From positions 76,694,001 through 76,758,000 of the forward strand of contig OX597820.1 in the NCBI GenBank assembly GCA_951406725.2: a DNA stretch of 64,000 nt. Direction: 5' to 3'. The notes under the pieces are model-generated. The model did not search any database. It had not been told where the DNA came from and worked only from the letters and a program-made list of their open reading frames with translations. Position numbers and translations under genes: made by a program. Origin of the DNA: Octopus vulgaris. Taxonomy: Eukaryota. Below are positions 1-13,854 of the stretch, piece by piece (position 1 is the stretch's first letter; each line of letters begins with the position of its first letter).

Positions 1-269
1 AATAATGGCCGAGATTTACATTATACATAGGTATATAACTACTTTAGTACATAAATATAAATACATACCAACGTAGTACCTAAGTACATACATACATATA
101 TACACCTTTACACAAAAATTCAAATACCTATATATGTATACATATATAAGTGTGTGCGTATATATACATACGTATGTATGTTTATGTATATATATATATA
201 TGTATATATATACATCCATATATATACATATATATATATACATATATATATATATACATATATATATAC

Positions 270-342
<73 letters not shown>

Positions 343-883
343 TGCGTGTGTAGACTGATAGATAGTTCAGTAAAACGCCATCAGTAACTACCGCAGGATC
401 AGGTGAAGGGTGTCATCGGAATTTCTCAGCTTGATCTTTGCACACAGCTGGTGAAAGGCTGATGACCGTTTTTCACAACATCTGCATGTAATCGTGCAGT
501 GTCCTTTCACAACAAAACAGCCCTTTTTAGGATGACACTGGCTTTCTCCTATGGAGGAGGGACTGAGATGGTGCGAACTAAAAAGTGATTACTCGCATTG
601 CTCCTTGTTATTACGTGCAAAAGAATGGCATCCAAAACTGCTCCATAAGATTAAGCAAATCGAAAAATCAACCACAGAAAAACAGCCATATATATGGTGG
701 TTGTCTGCTCCTTATGCAGATGCCAAACACCACCTGTACCTACACCTCAGATCCATCGTAGCGTCTGATGTGGTTTTTTAGAACCAGACGATGCCTTGAA
801 AAGACACAAATTGATTTTATCTGATTGGACCACCAAGATCTGTGGTTAAATTCTGTTCTTTGTGAATCTCAAAATGTCTGTTT

Positions 884-922
<39 letters not shown>

Positions 923-926
<4 letters not shown>

Positions 927-1115
927 ATCCAAACGTGAAAACACAAAGAGAAAACACAACAACGCGAGGACGTGGAACAAATATAGTATTATTGGACGCT
1001 CAGGAAGGAATGTTTCGAGCGGAGCTCTTTGTCAGAAACATAGGAAACGGAAAGGTCCAGAGAAGGGAAGACGGAGGAAAACAAATCGCCAACGGTACAC
1101 ACGCGGTCACAGTCA
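923..1115 (-). mobile_element. Short Penelope-pLTR-like element with degenerate hammerhead (1009-1038)
   Basis: Minus strand tttCTGACAA-a-GAGC tcc GCTC-GAAA-CATT, consistent with CTGACGA/GAAACGT after CpG decay; abuts (TA)n. Confidence 0.5.
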
Positions 1116-1359
1116 TGTTGTGTGTGGAGTTAATGAATAAATTATATATAAATTCCACACACAACATGGAGAAAAAAATTATTCTTAAGAAAATACGTAA
1201 GTAAAATAACTTTCAGTTTATGATTAGCGAAACCAGTCGACAACCATAATGTAAAGTATATTTTGAAGATATATTAAAACTATGTAAGGTGTGTCCATTT
1301 TCCTTCTTTAGTTTCTTATATACACACACAGACACATATATATATATATATACACACAT

Positions 1360-1400
<41 letters not shown>

Positions 1401-1430
1401 TATGTATCTATATATGTATGTATATATATA

Positions 1431-1598
1431 GTTGGAATTTATAAAAAAAAGCTAAACAAAACGGAAGACAAAACGGGTGTGTAATCAACAAACATATATG
1501 TATTAGTATAACGCTCGGAAAGTAAGAAAGTCTTGTACGTTTCGAGCCTAGACTCTTCAACAGAAAGGAAAGCAGAAATAAGCAGAGAGAAAAGAAAG
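1431..1598 (-). mobile_element. Short element in (TA)n with hammerhead-like motif (1532-1567, CUGUUGA variant)
   Basis: Minus strand ctttCTGTTGA-a-GAGtctaggCTC-GAAA-CG-TA-caag. A related, more decayed copy lies at 36995-37150. Confidence 0.55.
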
Positions 1599-1641
1599 TA
1601 TATATATACATACATACATTCATACATACATACACACACAT

Positions 1642-1748
<107 letters not shown>

Positions 1749-2199
1749 TATTTATATATATATACACATATACACACACATATACATGCATATGCACGTT
1801 TATATATTCACATGTATCTGTGCTTGCGTGTTTGTGTGTATGAGTGTATTTTTATCCATACTGCACAGTGCATCTGCTGTCTTGCTTTGCGCTTGGATAG
1901 CATCCCGGTTCTTTCCCAGGTGGACTGCTTGCTGGACGTGTATTCAACCTTTACTTGTTTTTGTTAATCTTTTTCTCTGTAAGGTAACATGCAATTTCTT
2001 TCATATACAAATATCCCAAACTTCATCCAGGATAAGAAATTAAAGCACATAAATGACTAAAAAATTTAATGTCAAATTTTTTATCCAAGAACAATTGCAG
2101 AAATGCAATTGTAAATCAGAATCAATATTCCACAGGTTTCGTTTGGTACTTCTGTAGTACTAGTTATCATATATTTGAATTCCAATTTATTTCAAGATA

Positions 2200-4030
2200 A
2201 ACACATCATAAATTGTCGCAATAGACAAATATAAAATAAATGAATTGTTTTACATCAACACCAACATCTCTGAGGTAAAGCCAAAACTGCAGGTTGGCTT
2301 TCACGTACATAAAACCAATACCTTCATGCGAAACTGCCAGAAAGGAACAGGCAGGAATGTAACATCCATAGGAAGAGAACATGAACTATAGGATCAAGGG
2401 AAGTTCCATGCCCTTGCTAAGATCGAGAAATGTATAAACTCAGTCAACTTGAAATAAAATCATACCTAGGGAAAAATGGAATATTCCTACATAATGCTAT
2501 AATTTTCAATAAATTGTCAAAATAATGACGGCATCATGCGCGAAGAAATATGTGGATATTTTCCTTCAAGGCTAAATACCTAGAGGAAGTTTTGTTTCTT
2601 GCCATACATATGAATGATATAAAATACTATTTTCTTTTCAGACACATTTAAGTCTTCTCCAAAATTATATAATACTATAGCTATATGAGCTACAGTGTTT
2701 TATAATATCAATATAGTGTTTGAGACTGGAAACATTCCAATGACTTCTGCAATCGAAACAGCCTCAACTGTTCAGCAGAGATTTATAACGAAATAAAACT
2801 GCAATAAACATATTACGAAAATAAGTGTATAGATATCTAAAATCGTATGTTCAATACATGACGAAACCCATAAAGAATTAGAAGAAATATGTTTGCTAAC
2901 CGCACATATTGAAACAGAAGCATTAAAGATACAATTTTCAGACATATATTGACCAAACACTACAAATGTATCTATAAAAAGAAGGAATTGATGGAATAGA
3001 CACAAATAACTCTTATAAACTACAGCTATATACTAGAGCTTTGGTATAAATTGAATGTTAAAGTGAAATCTTAAAGAACCAAAAAAAAAAAAACTAGAAA
3101 CATTTGAACGGATATATTTACTTGCTCGAATGCAACAAAGATTAGGGAAAGTATTACAATGTAAAAACAAGGGAATCAAAAATCAACCTAGAACAATGCA
3201 AAGGGAAACTTTATAAGTGTAAGAATGGAGCATCAAGATATGCGTTTTCATAGAGAAAACAATAAAGCACAAAGTGGAAGTTCATTACAGTGAAGAAAAT
3301 ACTTCCAATATGGCTACAACTTTAGAAAGGAAAGAAAAACTAAAAGAATACAGCATTCGAAAACATAGTGAGAATATAAAGATATAGCAGAATGGAAGCC
3401 AATACGCGAAAGCTAACAATGACAACAAAATATCTGTAATATAGGAGAAAAAGAAGTGAATTTAGACTCATAATAAAAAACCCAAAATCAAAATAGAAAG
3501 AAGAGTCTGACGTAACGTATAGAGTATGGAAAGAGTTTAGAGAAAAGATTAAACATAGAATGGTTAATCGCTTCAATATGTTCACTCGATATTAGGGCTT
3601 CCCACTCCCTTGAAAAGTAAATATTATATCTAATGTATATGGCGTCAAGTGACAAATCTTCGACAGGTAACTTAAATTAAGTTGTTTATATACATTTAAT
3701 GCACAGTGCATTACAACGATCGGGCAAGAATTGATATGGGATATATCTGAGTAATATGACAATAAAATTAAAAGGAGCTTTCCAAATATTATTATCACGG
3801 ATTGAAACATAAAGCTATGTAATCTTATAGCAATATGAAACCCTTTCGCTCAAACATATTTGGAAAGTATTCGAGAAGCTATCAAAATACGAGGTTATTG
3901 AAATAGAAATATACAGAATGTAAGGTATAATATACGGAAAAGGTGCGGCATAATAGTGTGCCACTAAACAATTCAAACAGGAACAGGTATGATCAGGTAT
4001 GGGAGTCATGCGTTGTTGCAGCGTTGCAGC
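2200..4030 (+). mobile_element. Heavily decayed LINE-like sequence
   Basis: Long purine-rich, coding-like tract with only faint RT-like remnants; no clean motif. Confidence 0.3.
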
Positions 4031-5160
4031 GCGTCGCTGCATCCGCCGTTTGTTGGTGATTCCCTACTCATAGCGGTTGATACCTTTGCAGTACCCAGCT
4101 GACAATCCTCCAAACTTCGAGTCTGTTAGGGCAGTCGTTGCCCCCAACCCCTTTTAATCGCGTTTTCCGGCACACAGAGGAAACGTTGGATTTACTATGA
4201 CATGCCGGTACACACACATCATGAGCCCAATAGCTATAAAACAAAAACGTAACAAACTTTAGATCTCCAAACGCAGCTCAAATGTATAAATGCCAAGTCA
4301 ACAACCTATAGAGGATAAATTTCATTCAATGGCCCAAACAACAGTAATATCTCGTAGCCCTCACATATTCAATTTCTACCTAATTATAGAACATAGATAT
4401 AAAGCACACATACTATTCAGTCATCTATTCAGAAATAACACAACATATTTTTAGATAACCGACATCCGACTGTCTAGCACATCACTCTCTTAACCAGCAA
4501 CTCACAAAACTCATATTTTATTACCTAACTATATATTACAGCACACACCGAACAAAATCTGCACAATTATCGGTTCGATATTAATATACGATAAAGAACG
4601 AACGCAACACATACGAAGCACAATCATAGTCCAACAAAATAATAGAAATTAACACGAAGGAAAGAAGTAAACAAAAAATGTAAGGCAATTAAATATACAA
4701 ATGTGCCTCTGCACGAGATATCCATCGACAGACTCTAATGAAGTAGATAAGAAAAAACGTAAATGTACAACGTGTGACGTTTCTGATTACACAATCAATA
4801 ACTTGCTTTCCGACAGCATATTGCGAAGGATAGACGCATTCACAAATTCGCATGCACACCGCCATACACTCAATGGTTATGAATATATGTGCGTGTGCAT
4901 GTGTGTTTGTGTGTAAGCATATATGTAACTATCTATCTATGTATATATACACCATTGTTTCTTTCCTTTCTTTCACTTCCTCTTTCTCTTCTTGTCTATA
5001 TATAATATATATATATAAATATAATATACATATACAAATATAATATACATAATATATGTCTGTAAGCATGTATATATATGCATGTATGTATATATATATA
5101 TGTATATATATTTATATATATACACATATATATCTATGTATATCTATGTACGTATACATG

Positions 5161-5196
<36 letters not shown>

Positions 5197-5306
5197 TATA
5201 TATATATGTATATATATATGCATGTATTCGTATATGTATATATACATATGTATATCTATATCTATGTATGAATACGTATATATATCTATGCATATATGTA
5301 TATATG

Positions 5307-5337
<31 letters not shown>

Positions 5338-6690
5338 TAATATATATATATGCATATTTGTATATATGTTTGTATATATGTTTATATATATATGTATATA
5401 TATACACATACACATACACACACAAACACACATATACATAATGTGTGTGCGTGTAATGGAATAAAGGCATTCGTATTCTTCAAATTTGCAAGCATTATGT
5501 AATAACCACAAATGAGAAGTATATTCTAACAACAGATTCGAGAGATGTAGAGGATGAGGAATTGTGCATGATTTGGGGATTAAACTTAATCCTCTAGATA
5601 TTATTATGAAAGTGAACCACGAAACAAAATGTCTCTTTAATGACATAGCAAATTTAATATCACACACGCAAACACACTCAAAGAAAGTTACACATACTAA
5701 ATACAATCGCACTCACGCATGCTCCCACATCTACGCCTAAAGCACTCAAACATGCATATGAATAACATCCGCCCTACCTTCTTTAAACGTTTCAAGACAT
5801 TGAAATACAATATTCGCTAAATTCAGAGACTTGCTAACACTGGTAACAAGAAACTGGGAATCGTAAGCATAACCAGAAATAGTTTACGAATTAATAGTTA
5901 TGGGCAAACGATATAAAAATGGAGGCTAATGAATATGCGGAAAAAACAACAACTAAGGATTTACAGATGTATCGATTAATTAGTAGCTCTAGCAGACACT
6001 ATGTACATATGACATATATAACATACATTATATATAAAATTTCGGAACAAAAGAGATTCGTACATACAGAATTACTCCATGTTAACTAGTTGCAACACAC
6101 ACACACACACACAGACGCACAAACAAATACACACACATATATACACACTCGAATACATATATCTTCTGTCCTTTTCTTGATCTCACACTAAAACTTTCTT
6201 AATGTATTGCATACCTCTCAACTAACAGATTCTGAACAGATTTGCACATAAAAAAAACTACTTACTACTACTATGAATATTGTTTTCAATTTTTTGTTCA
6301 CAATTTTCACAGCCTCCACATTCCTCCTGTTTTCATTTTTGCTTCATAGTCGCGCAGCTCCCATCTCCCTCTCATCTAGCTTTCCCGCATGCACATTGTT
6401 CTATCATATCCAAGCAACGACACTTCACATTCCCACAAAGCTAAACCTCCACAGTCGCACACTACAATTCCCATATATATATACAATCCCCTCCGAAAAC
6501 ACAGAACGCATATCTGTATGATTATGTCCAAAAACAGATACATTCCTATACAGGTACATTAGCTTTCGTCCCCTATTCCCTTTGAACGCAACTCTTTTTT
6601 TAGAATCTCATTTCTATCTAGATCCTAATTCCTCGGCGCATGTTTTCGTTACCGATTTTCCTCTTTCTGACACGTCTATGCTTCCTCTTT

Positions 6691-6724
6691 CTTCTGATGA
6701 ATAACTAATCTCCGAAATGTCAAG
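6691..6724 (+). ncRNA. Degenerate minimal hammerhead motif at the end of a decayed Penelope-like segment
   Basis: ctt-CTGATGA-ataactaatctcc-GAAA-TG-TC-aag. Stem I ctt/aag, ATGT in place of ACGT, stem II lost. Confidence 0.45.
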
Positions 6725-6949
6725 TGCAATATCTTTCCTTTTTAAGACTTTGCCTAATGTAATGCTTGATAAGATTCTCCATTCTTGTCTATTTACTTTT
6801 ACTTTTTGTTCTTGCCTTCAAAATAATGTAAATCTGGATTGTCAACGATTTAACAGGTTATTAAAATAAAAGAAATATTAATGAAAGCAGGCGGTCAAAT
6901 CTAGAACTGATGCCATGATACTTGTATGAAATCAGCTTTGACCTATGAC

Positions 6950-7260
6950 TAAACACCATCAAGGACTACATGAAATCGGGACAGCAACAATTGTCTGGCA
7001 AGAGTAACAAAACATCTTTTCCAGCAGAAAACTTTAAAAACAATGAGCAACTGTCTCCACTGTGTACTACAGTAGACGAAATAGAGTGTAATAGAGTGGA
7101 GAATACCATTGCTTATATTAGGAACAAATACCCTAGACATGCCCAAAACCACTACAAGTTGTGGCGATACAATGAGGTAGTGAAAGTACTACACTGGAAA
7201 CTGTGAAAATAGTGGGGGTTAGAGAGAGGCAACAAGTGGTTTAGGCACAATATGTGCAAA
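6950..7260 (+). mobile_element. R4/Dong-type LINE fragment (CCHC-knuckle region)
   Basis: SPLC...HAQNHYKLWRYNEVVKVLHWKL resembles LAQKEYKRRHDKVALKLHW at 15296-15601. Confidence 0.6.
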
Positions 7261-7915
7261 ACCTGAGTATCTCCTACAGGTTCTGAGTGGGGCAAAACAT
7301 CTCTGATGTGTATTTCACCTATGTGCATGGGGTTGTTGGGGTAAAATTGATGATGACGATGATGGTGATGGTGGTGATGATGACGATCCTGCTACTGATG
7401 GTATTACTTTCAAGGTAGCAAAAATGTATAAAACGATTAAAATAATTCTCAAATCAATGGAGAACTTCAGATTTATAGCTAAACGCCATGATCCAGACTA
7501 ACGTCGTGAACAAGCGTTGTAACGAATGATTTTATTAATACAGACTGTTTGTGAATTGCTTTAATATTGCTATTCTTAAAGATATATTCAATTTGTCAGA
7601 AAATGAAATTGAACGAAAATCTTATTCTCCATTTTGTCATGCTATCAATTTTAGTTTACTGTCAATTTTGTCAAATATAAATTACGACATTTTATGTTAT
7701 CTTAATGAATAGAATTAAATATATGTGCGTATGTATGAATAAGTAAATATGTATGATTGCATAATAATTGGTATTTTCACTCTATCTGCCAAACTATCTA
7801 TCTCTGTCTATCTATTTGTCTGTCTATTTATCTATCTATCTATCTATCTCTGTCTATCTATTTGTCTGTCTATTTATCTACCTGTCTATCTGTCTAACCA
7901 AACATCTATCTAAAA

Positions 7916-7987
<72 letters not shown>

Positions 7988-8048
7988 GAATAAGGGGGAA
8001 ATAGAGAGGTAATTAATAGAAGTATTTATTAATTATAAATATGACAAC

Positions 8049-8135
8049 ATCTCTGACAGCTGTTTCGAATCAGCCATCTTTCGATAATTAATTTATAAAA
8101 TCAAATCATTATAAACTGAATCTCTTTAGAGGTAG
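8049..8135 (-). ncRNA. Degenerate hammerhead motif with long stem II
   Basis: Minus strand CTAAAGA (CTGAAGA with G>A)-GATTCAGTT...GGCTGATTC-GAAA-CAGCTG-TC-agag; palindromic stem III ACAGCTGT; next to (TA)n. Confidence 0.5.
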
Positions 8136-9017
8136 TAAAGATCTACCGATTAGAAATACAGGTTGAGGTAACGGGTATAAAATCGTTAACTGATATCGTA
8201 TATACAAAAAGAACCAGTTGCAGAAGGCCTCAATTTTGACATAAGGGGAGAAGGTAATATATTATACGTCTTAAATGAAGAAATGGGTATTGAGGATAAA
8301 AAGAAAAAAGAAAAAGGAGGCAGAAAAGAACGCATTTATTTATAAATATATTATACTAATGCCACAATCCAACACGGGGAGAAGTTAGTGTATATTTTAT
8401 GTCATAAAGAAAGGGAGGGATGAATATAACATCAAAGGGTATTGAGAAGGAGAAGAAAAGAAGGAAAAAAAACGAAGTAGAAAAACGTATGTATATATAA
8501 ATAAAAAATGTCATATAATATGAAACTTTTCTATAATACAGAAACTTAAAGTTATAAAATGTAAGTCAACAAGAAACAAACAGTGGCAAAATATGTATTA
8601 ACCAATGTTATCAGAAAGGAATAAATAATTTCAAAATATAATAAAATATAATAAAACTTATTGTTTATGTTTATAATCATAATGCAATAAAATTTAATTT
8701 AAACAAATAAATAAATAGCAAGTCTAGAATAATATGGAAAGAAAAAGTATCAAAAATACAAGCTATATCCGTTCATCCCTTAAGAAAATTTATTCCAAGC
8801 CTTTAGGGTAAAAAAACAAAACAATAATGATAAACTATTAGATATCAAAGAATTTTATAAAATTTCAGACCTACCGCGTTCCATTAAATAAACCGGAAGT
8901 AAATATGCCATTAAGCATGCTTAAGGGGATCTGGGTAATATTAAGGTAATAAACATTATGTAAGAAGAAATATTTATATATAAATACATAAATATATATG
9001 CATAAATACATAAATAC

Positions 9018-9195
9018 TGGGGAAGGGGCCAGTTAGTTAGATCGACTGCAGTACGCAACTGGTACTTAATTTATCAATTCTGAAAGGGTGAAAGGCAAAG
9101 TCGACCCCGGCTGAATATGAACTCAGAACATAAAGACTGATGAAATACCGCTAAGCATTTCGCTCGGCGTGCTAACATTTCTGCCAGCTCACAGC
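9018..9195 (-). mobile_element. tRNA-derived SINE family A
   Basis: Head GAGCTGGCAGAAA.GTTAGCACGCCG, B box GAGTTCA, central GTCGACTTTGCCTTTCA.CCTTTC..GATAAATTAAGTACCAG; multi-copy in this window. Confidence 0.9.
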
Positions 9196-10461
9196 TTTCA
9201 GATATCCATTTAATAATAACTGTCGGAACAATGTACTCAACGACACGGTAGAGATTAATAATATGTTATATATTATACATATCTGTATGCATATGTGTTT
9301 GTATGGGTAGGTGTATATGTTTGTATGTCTGAAATCTTTGGGTTGTGTACTGCGATGCATCTAAGCCAGAGAAAAGCGTATTTTTGAACGTCGTTGTTCA
9401 AGGTCAGTCATAGGTTTCTGCTTTTCGCTTCTATTGATATACGTTTTGCAATATATGCATGAATTTCAACTTAAAACACATTCCGTATTGCTTGGTTTCA
9501 AAAACTGTGAACGAAGTGATATTTAAGGAGCAAGTAATGACATTCAAAATTCGATTTAGTAAGGCAATTCTTTGAAAATATATTAAAATTATGTGACACG
9601 AAATTCTTCTGGAGTGGAGAGGCTACGCTATTGTATAGGCCACGAATGGCAACGATCGAACAGCGACGAAATGACTTTGATAATTGCCCGATGGTTTAAC
9701 CAACTGATTAATCAAACAATCGATTAATAATTTGGTTAAATAGCTAACTATTTGACGTGAAATCGAACCTGTGCATGTTTATATTACTAGCTTAATGAGC
9801 CTCCAGAGATACAAACTTATTTATATTAGCTATTGTGAAACTCGATAAAGATCGGAGACTGCTGCTGTTTTCCGAGACATATCAGATATCAGTGGATGTT
9901 ACGTACTTCAAGATTTTCAAATTGGGATCGTAAATATGCGCAAATTAGTGTTCTATTATCTTTATAGCTTCTTGCTTGCAATACGTTGTTAATTGGATTC
10001 ATTACGTTACATTATAGGACTTTTGTGAATTCCCTTCCGTTTACGCTTCTGACAATAATTAAGCGTCAAATCTGCTTTTCATCCATTTGGGGGTTGATAA
10101 AACATAATACCGACCAAGTGCTCTTCAAAATTGCCTGCCACGGGAGTAAATTAAATTAATAGTTATTTTATGGGGTGGCAGGATGTTGGGAAAATGCCTT
10201 GTGATATGTTTGCATCTCCTTACATCTCCTTACACGTTCAAATGCTACCAAAATCAAATTTGACTTTGCTCGACTTATTCCTTCCCTTCCAAATTACTGG
10301 CCTTCATTATACAGAATAGTGGATTAGCAGAATCACTAAAATGCATTTCTTCCAAGACATTTTTGTTCAAATTTCCTGAGATAAATCACAGTTCTCTCCT
10401 GCTAGAATTTAATGCACAATCCCTAAATTCTCCAGAGCGCGTCAAATGATTTCTTAAATTA

Positions 10462-10493
10462 CTAGCTGACCACGTGCCGTCAATAATAACGGC
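10462..10493 (-). mobile_element. Helitron-like 3' terminus
   Basis: Minus strand hairpin GCCGT-tattattg-ACGGC, 10-nt spacer, then CTAG followed by T. Confidence 0.5.
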
Positions 10494-10726
10494 TAATTGT
10501 TTTACTTTAAATATAAATAAGGTGCAAAATAAGGTACATAATAATCACACATACAAACATTCACATACTTCCCTTGTACTCGCACACGCATACACTCATA
10601 TACTCACACAGAGTTGAAGCGTTGATTTTTTTAAAACTTCTTCCTTCCTTATTCATCTATCACCCCTTCCATTCTCACATTGCTATTATTTTCTCTAACT
10701 CCCTCTCAGTCAGGGCTATTAATCTC

Positions 10727-10727
<1 letters not shown>

Positions 10728-10757
<30 letters not shown>

Positions 10758-10827
10758 CTTCTTCTTCTTCTTCTTCTTCTTCTTCTTCTTCTTCTTCTTC
10801 TTCTTCTTCTTCTTCTTCTTCTTCTTC
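10728..10827. repeat. (TTC)n microsatellite
   Basis: Pure trinucleotide run; another at 12855-12936. Confidence 0.98.
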
Positions 10828-11129
10828 TCCTTCATTGAATTGCTATTTTCTCTCTGCTCCTCCGCGTCCGACGTGATTCTGGATAAATATATATATGTAA
10901 CTGCCCGAACCTGTAGAAATGAGTTGCGACGTATATGGTGCCAAGCTGTATCATCCTTTGCCTTTCTCTTGGATAACACTGGTGTCGTGGACAGGGGAGG
11001 CTGGTATGCATGGGCGACTGCTGGTCTTCCATAAACAACATTGCCCGGAGTTGTGCCTGGGAGGGTAACTTTCTAGGTGCAATCCCATGGTCTGTGTCGT
11101 GACCGAAGCGGGTCTCAGATAATAAGCAT

Positions 11130-11190
11130 CACTTGGTCCGGGAATCGAAACCACGACTTTGCAATCGGGAATGCAACACACCTATGCATG
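11130..11190 (-). mobile_element. tRNA-like SINE head fragment
   Basis: Minus strand GTCGTGGTTTCGATTCCCGGACCA (B box/T arm); no complete cloverleaf. Confidence 0.45.
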
Positions 11191-11427
11191 TTTACACTTA
11201 CTGTTTATTAATACTCTATTGCAATACTACTGACACAGATATTTTGATACTTATGAGTTCTATATTCTGTTCTGACGATGAATACAACGGCACCAAAGAA
11301 GCGAGACAACACAAAAGTTGTTTTATCATTAATCAACAATAACGTTTCTTCTTCTTTGAGATTTTTCATCAATTAATCTGTCATAATGAGTTCTAAGTGA
11401 AATTTATGTATTTTATTGACTCTCGAA

Positions 11428-11658
11428 CAGTGTGTCTCAACCATTTTTTATTATCATTTATAGGCCCCCTTCGATTGCTATTCAACTCCCAATTCGATGT
11501 TTAATAGATATTTTTTTAATATTAAATAATAAGAATTATTTAAAAAGATGTTGAAATATTTTGTGTACGGAAGAAGTATGACTCTTTTATCGCACGTAAG
11601 TTTTAACAAAATATTATATCGACGCCACGGCTATATGGACCCCGTTTGAAAACCCCTA
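11428..11658. mobile_element. hAT (Charlie/Buster-like) MITE
   Basis: Ends CAGTGTGTCTCAACC ... TTTGAAAACCCCTA resemble CAGGGGTTCTCAA TIRs; imperfect 8-bp flanks ctctcgaa / ctgtaaaa. Confidence 0.45.
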
Positions 11659-12068
11659 CTGTAAAATACAGATGACATATATTTCATAAATCAATGAGCG
11701 TCGGAGCTATATTTAAGTTCCTATAATATTGAAACGAAACTAATAATTCATAGATATTTAGTCCTTTGTCAAGCAGTTTTACTGCCATCCTGTCACCTTC
11801 AATTCGTTTTTATTGATAGTATTCTATACGTTAGTATGAAGACACTGAAAAAAATTTACATTGAAAGAAAATTCAATTGACATTTCTCTTTAGAGAATTC
11901 ACATAAATAATAACACCAGCAAATAAACATAAAAGAATGAAACACATTATGAAAAATGTATTTTGTGATTGTTATTAAAAATAAATATATGTACTTATGT
12001 ATAAGATATACGTATCTATGTATCTATCTTCCTGTCAGTCTCACTCCCTATCTATCTATCTATCTATC

Positions 12069-12105
<37 letters not shown>

Positions 12106-13169
12106 GTCTGTGTATTTATTTATTAACATAGCTATCTCTGTATCACACACACACACACATGAAATGTCTGGAAACAGTTTCAACAGTAGTGATTAGGAAA
12201 CATTTTGATTGTTCTTGTAATATATTGCTTTATTTCTATCTATCAATTTATATATTCATCTTAATCTAAGCGGAATCTGTGTGACAAGATTACTAAAATA
12301 CTGTTTATACTAATGATTTGACGCTAAACATTAGCCAAAATTACATTTACGATTTCATAATGCATTCGTTATATAACTTTACTGCACTAATACGTTGTAC
12401 GAGGATAGCCATCAGATAACGAACGTGTCTTTTTATATCATAGAAACGCGGAAATGTTTTAGATTAAACCTAACAGAAAAAATGACGGACCGCAATAATA
12501 AGAAATAGAGAGCGAAAATGAGAATCTAACTGAATGAGGGAAAGAAAAGTACAAGAGATATATCAGGATTCATGTGATTAACATTTATGTAAAATACTTT
12601 GACATTTACAAATACGTTTTATCTACGATATTTTGTGAGCCCTCAAGCCAGGAGGATGCAGATAGCATGGTAGTGAATGGAAGATATACACGCATATATA
12701 TGTGTGTGTGCGTGTGTATGTGTGTGTGTTTGTGTGTAGGGAGAGGTAGGTTAAAGATTGAGAAAGTGGTGTAGACGCAGAAAACTGGAAGTGCGTGCTA
12801 TTTTGTATTTCAGGGTGGATCTTTTTCAGGCAAATCTTCAAATAACATCGTCGTCTTCTTCTTCTTCTTCTTCTTCTTCTTCTTCTTCTTCTTCTTCTTC
12901 TTCTTCTTCTTCTTCTTCTCTTTCTTCTTCTTCTTCTGCTGCTGCTGCTGATGATGATGATGACAGAGGCACGATAACGTGGCTAAGTTCGTCCACTGGA
13001 GGTTGGGCGAGAAGTACGGCCTCAATAGAGTACCGGATGGTGCTTGAAAAATAAGTAGATGTAAGAGCCTTGCACAAAAAGAATACAAGCGCCCCTATGA
13101 TAAAATTTATGTGCGTGTATATCTTCACTGGTTCCTATGCCGCAAATACCAATATGAAGTAACAGAGAA

Positions 13170-13668
13170 CAGGTATGAGCTTGTACCAAGTAAAGTTATG
13201 CAGGAGGATGGAAAAGTAACGATGATTTTCAAACGGATCGTGTAATCGAACACCGTAGGCTGGATATTGTCATATTGAGTAAGAGAGACAAATGCTGCCA
13301 GATCATTGATTTAGCCATATCAAATGACATGAATGTTGCAAGTAAAGAGGTTGAAAAATTTGTTAAGTACTCCGAATTGAAAATGGAACTAGCAAGACTG
13401 TATGGAATGCGAGAGGGTAATGTAAAAGTGATACCAGTGATGATCGGAGCGTTGGGTTCAATCCCATTGGAGCTCCAAGACTTCTTACGGTAACTGAAAA
13501 TTCCATGCACGATTGATGTCTTGCAAACACAGCCTTATTGGGTACAGCGCACATCTTAAGGAAAGTATAATCTGTCTGAGTTCATTGTTGTGACTTGACA
13601 GATGACTAAAACTCCGGTGCATTTTTACCTACACTGTGTTACGAAGGAATAATAATAATAATAATAAT
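13170..13668 (+). mobile_element. R4/Dong-type LINE 3' fragment (RLE domain)
   Basis: RRLDIVILSKRDKCCQIIDLAISND..KFVKYSEL..VIPVMIGALG, followed by a short UTR and (AAT)n tail. Confidence 0.85.
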
Positions 13669-13835
13669 CCTTTCTACTATAGGCACCGACCTAAACTGCT
13701 AGTTAGTTTATCGACCGCGAAATGATGAAAGGCAAAATCAACTTCGGCGGAATTTGAGCTCAGAACGTAGCGACGGGTGAAATATCGGTATGCATTTCCT
13801 CTAGCGTGCTAACGATCCCGCCACCTCACCGCCTT
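13667..13835 (-). mobile_element. SINE family A
   Basis: Same head and central domain; sits between two R4-type fragments at (AAT)n. Confidence 0.85.
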
Positions 13836-13854
13836 CTACAATAATAGTAATAAT

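Noticed and set aside
459-480. CTGATGA at about 459, also CTGACGA at about 11272, CTGATGA at about 48341 and CTGAAGA at about 49503
   Set aside because: No properly placed GAAA plus stem III plus UH; not counted as hammerheads.
370-840. Possible RTE RT remnant (PYADAKH)
   Set aside because: A single weak motif; too decayed to support.
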